The notes: generated by a model not told the origin, from the letters alone. A stretch of 63,751 bases of DNA, filler included, from Octopus bimaculoides (GCF_001194135.2; 7 parts of 6 records of this genome joined end to end with filler, not necessarily neighbours in it), one strand, 5' to 3'. Counted from the whole stretch's first letter, positions 50,306 to 61,774 are shown. Numbers and translations: made by a program.

Positions 50306-50532
50306 CTTCTATTTATAAATTTTCTATATTATATACAACCTTGGTTCTTTATCTCATTACGAAAGCCTTATATTCACACGCTGATATATGACCTACGTTG
50401 GACCCCTTATTCGCATAATCACCGAACCTGGAGCTTAAGTATAGTCTATCCGCAGAACTTACCCAGCGTTACCTGAAACCTCTGGGTCTAATTGATACCA
50501 CTTTCGCCCATAACTTATATATATATATATGT

Positions 50533-51675
50533 ACTAGCTGGTGTACCCGGTAATTCCCGATGATAAAGATGTTCTATTGAAACGCCTTATTATCCTGATA
50601 TAAGAAAGCAATTTCGTTATAACTGCCACAAAAGGTGTATTTTCCCTCACGAAAAAGTACAAAAAACTGTCAGCTGGAAGAGGGAAAGACTGTTGGAGGT
50701 TGCCGAGAAAGATTTTCGGGGGTTGGCGAGAAAGATTGTCGGAAGATGGTGAGAGGCAAAGACATTATTCTGCTTAGCGAAGGCATCTGGAAAATGTATA
50801 ACTGCTGTCATTCACAGTAAAACTATTGTTTTACCATGAGAAAAGCACTTTTGAAGTGTTAAATAAAATTTGGCAATCGAGGATCAAATCCACGCTATGC
50901 CACTACAAATACATTGTGGAATAAAAAAATTATCAACTGTCATGGAAAAAGTGTAATTGTAAAAATGCAGAATTATCGGAGTAATGGGCATTCAAAACAG
51001 TATGTATAGAAATGTATGAATGAAGTTTTTAATGTTTAAGATTCAATTTAAGGAAGTGCAATAATAATGTTGAACAGTTCAAAACTGTGAGTAGTGAAAT
51101 GCAAAATTAGTTCGGCTGATCATGAGAATGAAATATTGATCCCTTCGCTAAAATCTGCCGGCGGTATGGGTTATTTCCCTTGGGTTGTTTAAATAAAATA
51201 GTAATAATATGTAGAAGATAGAGGGATCCATTGGAAGGGCCCTATTATCGATTTTTTCAACAATCTAATTATGTTACGAGGTTTCCAGACATGAGTTCCA
51301 TTGACGTGTCAAATAAAGTATAAAAGTGGTATTGTCTGCAAAAATTAGAAATAGGACACACAAATCAAATAATCAAAGTAATCGAACATAAACAATAAAA
51401 TGGGTTATTTCCCTTGAGTGTTTAAAAAATATTGCACAGGTGCTGTGGGTTAATTCCCTTGGGTGTTTAAATAAAAATAGTTATATGAGTTAGATATAAA
51501 GGTCCCTTCCAGGGACCGTATTATCAATTTTTTCAACAATCTAAGTATGTCACGAGGTTTCCAGACATGCGTTCTACTCACATGTCAAGTTTCATCAAAA
51601 CCAATAAAACGATGTAGGAGTTAGCTAACAACGCCACAAACAAACAAACCGATTTTCCACATATGTAGTATGTAT
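50533..51675 (+). mobile_element. Non-autonomous Helitron/Helentron-like (DINE/HINE-type) element with internal duplication
   Basis: 5' actagctggtgtacccgg; 3' caagtttcatcaaaacc...acaaacaaacaaac...atatgtagtatg; TA-repeat flanks; no coding capacity. Confidence 0.6.
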
Positions 51676-51799
51676 ATGTATATATATATATATATATATN
51701 NNNNNNNNNNNNNNNNNNNNNNNNNNNNNNNNNNNNNNNNNNNTTAATTAATTAANNNNNNNNNNNNNNNNNNNNNNNNNNNNNNNNNNNNNNNNNNNN

Positions 51800-52095
51800 G
51801 TTTTGCGTAGGATGTGTGCATTGCCCAGTAGTGCAATTTTCTGTATGTTATATATATTTGTAAGTCCTGGTGTTTTTGTTATGTATTTGTCTGAATATTT
51901 TTTTATTATACTATGATAGAAATTGTTTCTGTTTTTAGATTCCACATTCGAGTTACCTCTATTTCCAGGTCTTTGTATTTTGAAAGTTTTTCCATTTCTT
52001 TTAGAGAAACATTGTCATCTGCTGGTATTGATACATCAATTAGAAAGCATTTTTTTTCTTCATGATCTTTGACAACTATATCTGGTCTATTTGCC
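51800..52095 (-). mobile_element. R4/Dong-type RLE endonuclease 3' fragment
   Basis: RPDIVVKDHEEKKCFLIDVSIPADDNVSLKEMEKLSKYKDLEIEVTRMWNLKTETISII...IQKIALLGNAHILRK. Confidence 0.88.
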
Positions 52096-53706
52096 TATTA
52101 TTATTATTATCATTATTATTATTATTATCATTATCATTATTATTATTTGCCATGGCCCTTATTTCAAGGTCGTTACATCAAATAAAGCAATGATCATTAT
52201 CATTATAATTTTTGTTGTTTACTATGAGCGATCACAAAACCTTAAACTTAACAATGGCAAAAGCACCATCACCTCCACCACCAACCACAATGCAAGCAAT
52301 CATCCTTTGGTCGTGCTATTTGCCAAAAAAACTTTAGTCATTTCCAGAAAAGGAGGGAGGCATGGAAAAGTTACGTCACAGAAGAGAGTTTCTCTTTACC
52401 TGAAGAGTTTTGTAGGAAAATGACAACTTTGTTTTTCAAAATTAATTAATTAAAAAAAAAGAAAAGAAAGAAAAAAACTAGCAAGCCAGTTCCAAGTTTC
52501 CATTTATCTCCAGAAAGTTAAAGGAAGCCTTGGTCACTGTGCTACATCAAGCAAAGCAGGGTGTCTGTTGCTAAGTCCTAAACAAAATGTAACTAAAATT
52601 CAGGATTTGTTGTTTGGGAATGAAAAAAAAACCCCACAGAAATTAAGCCCGTTTTTGTGCAAAGAATGAAGTTTACCCTCATTTTGGAAAGAATTTCCTA
52701 TTGAAAGACTTCATGTTAACATCTTGTGTATCTGTATTTGTTTTTTATTCAGTGAATTTCTTTTGGACTCTTTTCATGTTTTGATTTTCGAGTTTCATGG
52801 TAGGATACCTCAAGTGGTGATTTAGAATTTGGTCTCATTATTTAATAAGAGAACTTTGACCTGGAAAAGGTAATCAGTGAGATATTTCAAATTCATATGT
52901 ACACATCAGTAACTTAAGTGGTTCTGATTGGTAATTTATACCTGAATTTGTTGAGCAGTGAAGACAAAGTTGATTCTGATCAGGGGTGATGGCATTTAAA
53001 ATTTACAACAGTTGGTTTAGCAACTAAAACAACTGCTGTAAATTTTATATGCCATTTGTGTTTACTTTTTATACCTGCACCATGTCAAGGACCAACTGGT
53101 CAGTTCAGTCTTTAGTTAGAAATTGGGTTTGGTACTTGCATATTTACTGAATCCTGCCAACACTTGCAATATTCGATGTTGTTTTATTATATTGTGAGCC
53201 CTGTGGATCATACGTAGTCATTTTGGTGTCTTACAGATTGGTGTGCTTTGATTCTTGAGAATCCTATAACTAAATTATACATATATATGTATCTATACTT
53301 ATCAGTATATATGTGTGCACGTGTGTGCATGTATGCCTTTGTGAACGTTTACAAAACTACTGAGCTGGCATTAGCATTTGGTTCCCAGCCTCAAGCAGTG
53401 ACATTGTGATTGGGCTGCAACCAGGAAAGTTTATTGACATTTCTTTGTCAACAAATCATCACAAGATCTGCACTTCAGGATCCTTCTGGTATGAAAAAAA
53501 ATCCCTTCCTTGTAAAAGAGGTAAAGGTTGCAGACAAGAAGTGGATCTTGTCATATAAAGCCTGTCTCAGTATTTACACCCATGTAAATGATGCTAGCAT
53601 GGAAAAGAAACATTAAATAAAGATGTATGTATATATCTATCAACCCAGCCATTCTGTATATATCTACCTATCCAGCCATCTGATATATATATATATATAT
53701 ATATAT

Positions 53707-53797
53707 GTAGCCATCCGGTTGCACCAGTCCTCAGTCAAATCGTCCAACCCATGCTAGCATGGAAAGCGGACGTTAAACGATGATGATGATGATGATG
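53707..53797 (+). mobile_element. 3' end of SINE family D with (GAT)n tail
   Basis: ccagtcctcagtcaaatcgtccaacccatgctagcatggaaagcggacgttaaacgatgatg is the reverse complement of 60438-60510. Confidence 0.85.
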
Positions 53798-53977
53798 ATA
53801 TAGTTTTAGGGAAAATATATTATATTATATTTATTATTATTATATTTATCTTATGATATTTACTTTACTTTATATTATACTCATTTATTGTGCTTTTAAT
53901 TATTAATTTTTCTATATGTGATAGTGGATTTTCATCGATGAGTTCTTGAAAATTGGTTATTTTCCCTAAAACTATAT
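53798..53977. repeat. AT-rich element bounded by a perfect 20-bp inverted repeat
   Basis: ATATAGTTTTAGGGAAAATA (53798-53817) and TATTTTCCCTAAAACTATAT (53958-53977); related internal sequence at 56590-56670. Confidence 0.75.
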
Positions 53978-54734
53978 ATTTTATATNNNNNNNNNNNNNN
54001 NNNNNNNNNNNNNNNNNNNNNNNNNNNNNNTTAATTAATTAANNNNNNNNNNNNNNNNNNNNNNNNNNNNNNNNNNNNNNNNNNNNTATATATATATATA
54101 TGAGAAATTGCACATACATGAACCATTACATAAATAAACAGGTGTTATCTTGAGAGTTGTGTTTTGAATAAACAATGATTGGTTTATGATAATGCATATT
54201 TTGTATACAGACGTCAAACAGCGTTAAAGGTAAGAAGAAAACAGTTTCACAAATCTACTGATAAATTAGGACAAGAGCTAACAGCAGGGCTTTTTCTTGC
54301 ACACGAGATGCAAACACATTTTGCTCGACTTGTATTAAGTGCAAAGATCAGGACTTAACCCATTGACACGTATAGAAGTCAGCCTGCAAGTCTATGCTAA
54401 TAGAGGTCCTAAAAGTACGTGAGCGTAATATTAAAATTATAAGAGATCATGATAAGGTCATTTAATACATAATGGAGGACATAGTTAATAAGCAACAAAT
54501 TGCTTTGAACAAATTCATTAACACTAAACAGATGCATACGATGATAACTTTCAGGACAGGTCATATTGGTCAATTCTTTCTTGTAATATCTTTACTGACA
54601 TGTGGCATACAACATTCATCATATTTTGTTTAAAGTCGTTGTCATTTTCTTTACCTCTGGCTAATGTCTAACTTTGAAAAGGGCTAGCAACATGAACTCC
54701 TGTGCATTTCAATTCTCTCTCTGTCTCTCTCTGC

Positions 54735-54780
<46 letters not shown>

Positions 54781-54790
54781 NNNNNNNNNN

Positions 54791-54827
<37 letters not shown>

Positions 54828-55026
54828 TACACACACACACACACACACATACACACTCACAGACACACTCAAATACACACACGCCCAACCACACAAACAC
54901 ACATACAAACACATATAATCCGTGCAATATACGGGTATGAATGGAAGAATTCTGAAACTCTCTGTTCTCCTTTACGCGGAGTTTTATCATGGTTGAGGAA
55001 TAATGGTCACATATTATTTACAGATA

Positions 55027-55063
<37 letters not shown>

Positions 55064-56129
55064 GTAGATAGATAGATATACACATATATATTTACATATA
55101 TATACATATGTATGTAAGTATATATATATATGTATGTATGTATAATATATATAAGTATATGTATATATATATATATATATATATNNNNNNNNNNNNNNNN
55201 NNNNNNNNNNNNNNNNNNNNNNNNNNNNNNNNNNNNNNNNNNNNNNNNNNNNNNNNNNNNNNNNNNNNNNNNNNNNNNNNNNNNNNNNNNNNNNNNNNNN
55301 NNNNNNNNNNNNNNNNNNNNNNNNNNNNNNNNNNNNNNNNNNNNNNNNNNNNNNNNNNNNNNNNNNNNNNNNNNNNNNNNNNNNNNNNNNNNNNNNNNNN
55401 NNNNNNNNNNNNNNNNNNNNNNNNNNNNNNNNNNNNNNNNNNNNNNNNNNNNNNNNNNNNNNNNNNNNNNNNNNNNNNNNNNNNNNNNNNNNNNNNNNNN
55501 NNNNNNNNNNNNNNNNNNNNNNNNNNNNNNNNNNNNNNNNNNNNNNNNNNNNNNNNNNNNNNNNNNNNNNNNNNNNNNNNNNNNNNTATACATATACATA
55601 TATACAATGCATAAGAATGTATATTATATGTGCGTGAGGTATTCTGTGTTCGTGTGTTGGTATGTTCTTGGATATGATTATGTATGTATATTTGTATATA
55701 AATTTAGAAAGCAGTCACATGACAAAGTTTAAATATGCTTCATATATGATAGAAATGAATACATAGGAATGTAGCTCTTCAAATAGTATATGTAGCATAT
55801 TTGTTGAAAAATGTAAATACGAATAATCTGATATAAGTGATATTCGAAAAGTAGTGCTAACAAATACAAAAAAAGAATTGATATATTTTAATATCCTTAA
55901 AGATTGGTAGCTCAGATTAAGTAAAATGGCGTAGCAAATATTCCAATTCAAGGAAAAGCGATAGTCCTTAAGATTACTGAGACAGCAATTCTCATGGGAG
56001 ATTCAACATTAGGAAAGTGATTGTACAACGTATGATGCTTCAACTGAAGGCGATTCACTTAGATCTCTCTCTGTCTCTCTCACTCTCTCTGTCTCTCTCA
56101 CTCTCTCTCTCTCTTTCTCCCCAACCCTC

Positions 56130-56192
<63 letters not shown>

Positions 56193-56869
56193 TAAACCTA
56201 GCACACCTACCACACCGTCGATCTTTTTGAGCATATATATATATATGCATGTATATATATANNNNNNNNNNNNNNNNNNNNNNNNNNNNNNNNNNNNNNN
56301 NNNNNTTAATTAATTAANNNNNNNNNNNNNNNNNNNNNNNNNNNNNNNNNNNNNNNNNNNNTGTGTATATAATGTGTTACATTCAAGCTGGTTCCCATAC
56401 ATTTCCCTGAGGAGAAGTTTACATTTTTAACATCGCCGATTCCTATGGATCGCATAAATTGTAATTCTTCGAAACATATGTCGAAAATTAAAGTATGCAG
56501 TTAAAATATGCGTTTTACTCCATATATATTTATCATTTTATTATTTATTACTTTGTATTTTTATTATAGGTCTTTTTAGTGTATTTACTTATTAAATTTT
56601 TCTATATGTGACTGTGGATTTTCATAGATGAATTCAAGAATTGTGGGTTTTTTCCCTAAATTATATATTATATATTGTGAAATTTAATTTGATTTTAATT
56701 TTGATAAATTAAATTAAAATGAATTTTTACCTGTAAATTTGATTTTTATTCATAATATTATTATCATAATTATTTTATATATATATATATATATATATAC
56801 ATATATATATACATTGTATTTGGTCAGTAAGTGTTATTTCCTATTTGCTTCTATCTAGAAATCAAAGGA

Positions 56870-57150
56870 AATAACTGTTATTCCTTTCAAACATTGCTTT
56901 TGTGACCCAGACATGAATATTTTGAAACTGACCTATTTTCTATTACATTTCAGCATTGAGTTGCTGAAGCAGAAATATTGTTATAGCAAATATTCTGTTC
57001 AATACCACAGATTTGCTTGTCTGTAGCTTGACCTTGATCACTTGAGCATGTTCCTTAGCGGCTGACAATATGTGCATCCCTGATCATGAGCAGGAGTAAT
57101 AGGAGAACATCATAACTATGTGTTGAGAGGGATTCTTTGGGGTTTGAATA
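56870..57150. repeat. Interspersed repeat of unknown class
   Basis: ttcaataccacagatttgcttgtc...gctgacaatatgtgcatc...gattctttggggtttgaata; recalled as a common octopus repeat, single copy in this window. Confidence 0.4.
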
Positions 57151-57587
57151 AATATAACAAAGGTAATGTTTGAAGGAAATATTAGCCATTTTTCATACAT
57201 TCTAGGGGTAAGCAAACAAGAAATAACAGTTGCTATGCAACGGTGAAAATCGTGTTACACAATGTAATTGGCTCACCCCTCCCCCGAAGTTGCAGGCCTT
57301 GTGCCAAAATTTGAAACCAATATATATATATATGTATGTGTCTATGTAACTATAGAGTAACATGAGTGAACTTTTGAAGTACAGGTACAATCCATCTAAC
57401 TCTCACGACGTGTCTGTCAATTCAGTCTCACTCTGAAAGCTTTGGCTAACTTATAGCTATAGGTAAAACACTTACTCAAGATACCGAATAGTGGAATTGA
57501 ACCAAGGACTTTCCGTTGCAAAGCAAACTTCTTAATCATTCAACTAAAATTCATGCTAGAACTAGAACAAAAAAATCACAATGGCTT

Positions 57588-57705
57588 ACTACTACTACTA
57601 CTACTACCACCACCACCACCACCACTACTACTACTACTGCAACTGCTGCTGCTGTCGTCGTTGGCACCACCACCACCAGTACTATTACTACTACTACTAC
57701 TACTA
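57588..57705. repeat. (ACT)/(ACC)/(GCT) trinucleotide repeat
   Basis: Direct observation; source of the poly-T and poly-P/L ORFs. Confidence 0.9.
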
Positions 57706-58288
57706 TTGAACATTTGGTTCAATCCTTCTTCCCCAGTTTCAACTTTTTAAAATACTCTTCTGGACCACATTTTCCTCACAACTTTTACAGTTCAAAAATA
57801 TCATCTTGACCACTCTGTCCAGGATGGCCAGCAAAGGTTAATCAATATCTGTATTTCTCTGACTAATTTTTTTTGTTTTTATTTAACTTGTGCCCAAAAT
57901 TCTTTACAATTAACAAATGAATGTTTTAATAGGCCATAATAAGAATCCTTCTATGAGGTAAGCATTTTGCATCCTCTCTGGAATGTGAACTATTCCTCAA
58001 ATGCCTAATTCATTGTAAACTTAGATACACTCCAGTACACAAAGAGGGAACTGTTGTTGGTGATTTTACTCAGTCACAAGTCAATTATGATTAGTAACAT
58101 AGCCATGATCAAAAATGTTGCAGCCATGGCCATCTCATCTATTTTTCAGGAATAGTGTTCACCAGATCACACAGTCCAATTTGTCCTTCAGGACAATAGT
58201 GGTATGTGGCTGTGGGAGATTTTGTTGTAATTTCTATCAAAGTGAGCTGTTACAGAGGGGCTCCCTCATTGATCAGAGAAAACTGTAT

Positions 58289-58490
58289 TTAACCCTTTAG
58301 CATTCAGATTGCTCTGTCAAATGCAATGTTTATTCATTTACTTTGTTTTGAATTAATCATGCATTATAATATAGATTTGAGATTTTGAAGATGTGATTGT
58401 ATATTTTTAGAATGACATTGTAGAGTAAGCCTAAGAGGCTGGATCTTGCTTTTTGGAATATAAAATAAAAGGAAGTTGTTAAAATAATCT
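58289..58490 (+). mobile_element. Possible piggyBac-type non-autonomous element, one end only
   Basis: Begins TTAA-CCCTTTAGC (TTAA target plus CCC terminus); no matching second end seen. Confidence 0.4.
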
Positions 58491-58502
58491 GAACCTGACA
58501 TT

Positions 58503-59340
58503 TACAGGGTGCTGGGGGTAAATTTTACTGTTTGCATGACAAAAAAAAATAAATATTCCATCCAAAAATAAAAGTATTTTTAAAAAGATCTAAAAATATT
58601 CACTAGATTATGACTGAGAGATTACAGCTTACTCAAAGTAGCTGCCCTCAAGACTGCTCCAGAACCTGGTGCATGCATTCCTTACTGTGTGTCCTTGGGA
58701 AGATATTCCCAAGATATTCAAATACCTCCTTGATCTTGACTAGCTGTTCAGCCTCGGTGCTGGAGGCAGAGCAGTTGGTGTCTTCTCAATCATGCTTCAC
58801 ATATAGTATCCATGAGATGACAATCAAGGAAATTAGGAAGATAGAAACTGGGGCTGGTGAAGTCCTAGAAATTCTCCAACAACCATTTCTGACTCTTTCT
58901 GGAGGCATGACAAGGAGTGGAATTTTGCTGCCACACATATGGCCTTCCAGTAATGACTCACCCCTTCAGCCAGAGTTTGACCAGTCTCCAGCAGCTTTTC
59001 ATAGTCATATGAAACTTGATTAAGTCCCTGATCAAATAAGTGGGGGTGACATAACATCAACCTCATTGGACACATACCCAAAAGACCATAACATTTGGGG
59101 AAATTTGGTTTTTATGATACATGGGACATCATATGAATTGTAGAGCTTTGAGCAGCAGTCATGATTTTGGTATTTTGAAACACAGCAAAAATCAATATGA
59201 TACTGGTAATTCTTTTCCATTATTCAGATGGCATCCAGTCCTCCATGTCAGCTAACTTTTTCTCAGCTACAAATTTAATCTTTATATCTTTATGCTCTCA
59301 AATGCGATTGAGTGTTCACCAATACATCAAGCTGTTCCTG
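58503..59340 (-). pseudogene. DD37D (maT) transposase remnant with a TA-CAGGGTG terminus
   Basis: GYVSNEVDVMSPP, RPYVWQQNSTPCHASRKSQKWLLENF*DFTSPSFYLPNFLDCHLMD; 37 residues between the (mutated) second D and third D; terminus tacagggtg at 58503. Confidence 0.85.
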
Positions 59341-59459
59341 TAAAAAAAAAAATAAAAAAGGAGACATAAAAATTGTCAGATTTAACCTGAACGCCAGCAT
59401 GAAGAGGTTGATGGCTATTTTCTCCATTATTTTTGTAACAACATAAGAAGAATGCTGAC

Positions 59460-59830
59460 AAAAAGACCAATGATGATGATGATGATGATGATGACAACGA
59501 TGATGACAGAAAAGACAAAGATGATGACAACAGCGACAATAATGATGACAACCATCACTGCCACCACCACCACCATTGTCATCATTGTCATTTTTCTCAC
59601 CACCACCACCACCAAGAAGGAAAACAACATTTTACTTCTACTTTCTTTGTTAGCATGGATTAGATAATAGCACTTCAGCAAGGTACCACTCCATGCTGAC
59701 CAAAGCCCACTGAGAGAATTTGGCAAATGGAAAATAAAGAGCAGTCCATCATATATATATCATCAACATCATCATCGTTGTTGTCGTCATTGTTGTCACC
59801 GTCGTCGTTGTCATCATCATCATTTTCATC
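59460..59830. repeat. (GAT)/(CAC)/(CAT)/(CGT) trinucleotide tracts with SINE debris
   Basis: Direct observation. Confidence 0.8.
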
Positions 59831-60000
59831 ATTTAACTTCTGCTTCCTATGTTGGCATGGGTTTTACTGGCCACCACAGTGTGAGTCATTTCTGATTCTC
59901 ATACGTATCATTTGTATTGGTTTCTATGGCTGGTTGTCTTTCTTATCATTAACCACTTTACAGTGTGTACTGGGTGTAGTTTCTTGGCAATCCCAACACT
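59830..60000 (-). mobile_element. SINE family D, old CpG-decayed copy
   Basis: tttaacttctgcttcctatgttggcatggg...ttctatggctggttgtctttc..aaccactt resembles 60455-60600. Confidence 0.6.
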
Positions 60001-60437
60001 AGAGTCATTGAATATTCTTTGACATTTTCTCTGTTCATTTGGTTTCAAATTTTGGCACATGAACAGCAACTTCAGGAGAGAAAATTAGTACCAGTTAAGC
60101 ATTGGGGTTGATATAATTCCACTATAGATTTACCTATGAGAATAAGACCAAAAGCATGTAAGTGTCTCTAAAAGCAGTTGGTCTAAAACTCCTCTGTGAT
60201 GGCCTGCAGAACTATGATGAACAGAAGAAGGATGAGAACTGAGCATTGATAGGGCCCCTCCATTCACATTAAATTTGTTACTGAGCTCATTAACTCTCAC
60301 TTTATTTACTGCACTTTTTAAAAATAGTTTGTGAAATCCTCACAAGTCATTCATCTACACCTAGTTTCCTGAGTAATCTCCTCTTTATAGTGTGGAACCT
60401 TTTCTCCAGGTCAACGAATGTTAGGAACGGTGGTTCC

Positions 60438-60632
60438 ATCATCATCATCATCATCGTTTAACGTCCACTTTCCAAGCTAGCATGGGTTGGACGATTTGAC
60501 TGAGGACTGGTGAACTAGGTGGCTACACCAGGCTCCAATCTGATTTGGCAGAGTTTCTACAGCCGGATTCCCTTCCTAATGCCAACCACTTCGAGAGTGT
60601 AGTGGGTGCTTTTACGTGCTGCCGGCACGAAT
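60438..60632 (-). mobile_element. SINE family D, 3' part with (GAT)n tail
   Basis: (cat)n-cgtttaacgtccactttccaagctagcatgggttggacg...ggattcccttcctaatgccaaccact. Confidence 0.85.
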
Positions 60633-60637
60633 ACCAA

Positions 60638-60841
60638 TTCTTTTACTTGTTTCAGTAATTTGACTGCGGTCATGCTTGAGCACCACCTCTAGTCAAGCAA
60701 ATCGACCCCAGGACTCATTCTTTGCAAGCCCAGTACCTATTCTGCTGGTATCTTCTGGCTAACCACCAAGTTACGGGATGCGTAAACACGCCAGCATCGG
60801 TTGTCAAGCAATGGAAGGGGGACAAACACAGACACACAAAT

Positions 60842-60900
<59 letters not shown>

Positions 60901-60972
60901 CATACAATGGGCTTCCTTCAGTATCCATGTACCAAATCCACTCACAAGGCCTTGGTCGGCCCAAGGCTACAG
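60638..60972 (-). mobile_element. SINE family C with internal microsatellite (head truncated)
   Basis: Reverse complement of 34320-34625, including an expanded (CA)/(TA) tract at 60840-60902. Confidence 0.88.
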
Positions 60973-61774
60973 TTCATTTTTGCTAAACATTTATCATGCA
61001 ATTATTTAACTTGGAAGATTACATGTATAGTGCCTCTGTTGGACATAAAGGCAAACTTCATCACATTTGTTAACCCTGCTCCAGATCACTTGTACTATAA
61101 TTCTCTGCTTATATATAGGAATTTCAACCATGTTTCGTGGTCTGCTACCACAACAGCTCCTTTATAGGATCCAGTTAGTTCAAGACATCATCAGGAGGAA
61201 CCACGTCCGGTTTCGGCCCCTACTCCTCTACCGTTTTGACGTGGCGGGGCCCCTCCTTTCGGAGGTGTCTTCAGCTCTGGTGTTGGGTGCATGTCTTCTT
61301 TCTTCTATTCCCTGGCCTCTTCGATGCAGCATCAACGAGTGTCAGCGTCCGACTGATCGTCATGTCAAGTTCCCCTTTTTATATCTGCTGCTAGGCTCCA
61401 GCAGGCAGCCCCAGGTAGTTGTCACNNNNNNNNNNNNNNNNNNNNNNNNNNNNNNNNNNNNNNNNNNNNTTAATTAATTAANNNNNNNNNNNNNNNNNNN
61501 NNNNNNNNNNNNNNNNNNNNNNNNNTTTCCTATTTAACAGAAACTCGGAAGTAGTCATTACTCAATTAGGGGTTCTCTGCTAGCTACTCATCAGGCCAAA
61601 GCTACCTTAGACAAATGAAGGTTATATTGTCGTCAAGGAATCCCGTGTTAACTCGCAGGAGATTTTTATTCACATACACAGCATATCTAGTTGCTAACCT
61701 TGGACTATAAAATAACTTCTTACAGCGTTATCTACAACCTTCTTCGTCCACAAACCACTGTTGTTCCTGAAAGT

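Larger units (their letters stand above)
49799..50373. mobile_element. ~190-bp inverted repeat pair (49799-49987 / 50186-50373) with ~200-bp spacer; Penelope-like inverted pseudo-LTR or retrozyme-like element
   Basis: Arms are reverse complements with about a dozen mismatches by eye; each arm carries a hammerhead motif. Confidence 0.8.

Noticed and set aside
58151-58202. AG...GT-bounded 52-nt segment that could be an exon; similar short minus-strand candidates near 52401-52427 and 53078-53112
   Set aside because: No recognisable protein similarity, and such splice-like pairs are common by chance. RNA-seq would be needed.
61240-61285. Minus-strand CUGAAGA followed by CCUCC-GAAA-GGAGG
   Set aside because: The GAAA is a tetraloop of a simple hairpin, not the hammerhead core; the topology is wrong.
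61530-61605. Minus-strand CUGAUGA-GUAG...CUAC
   Set aside because: No GAAA follows stem II and no stem I partner is present.
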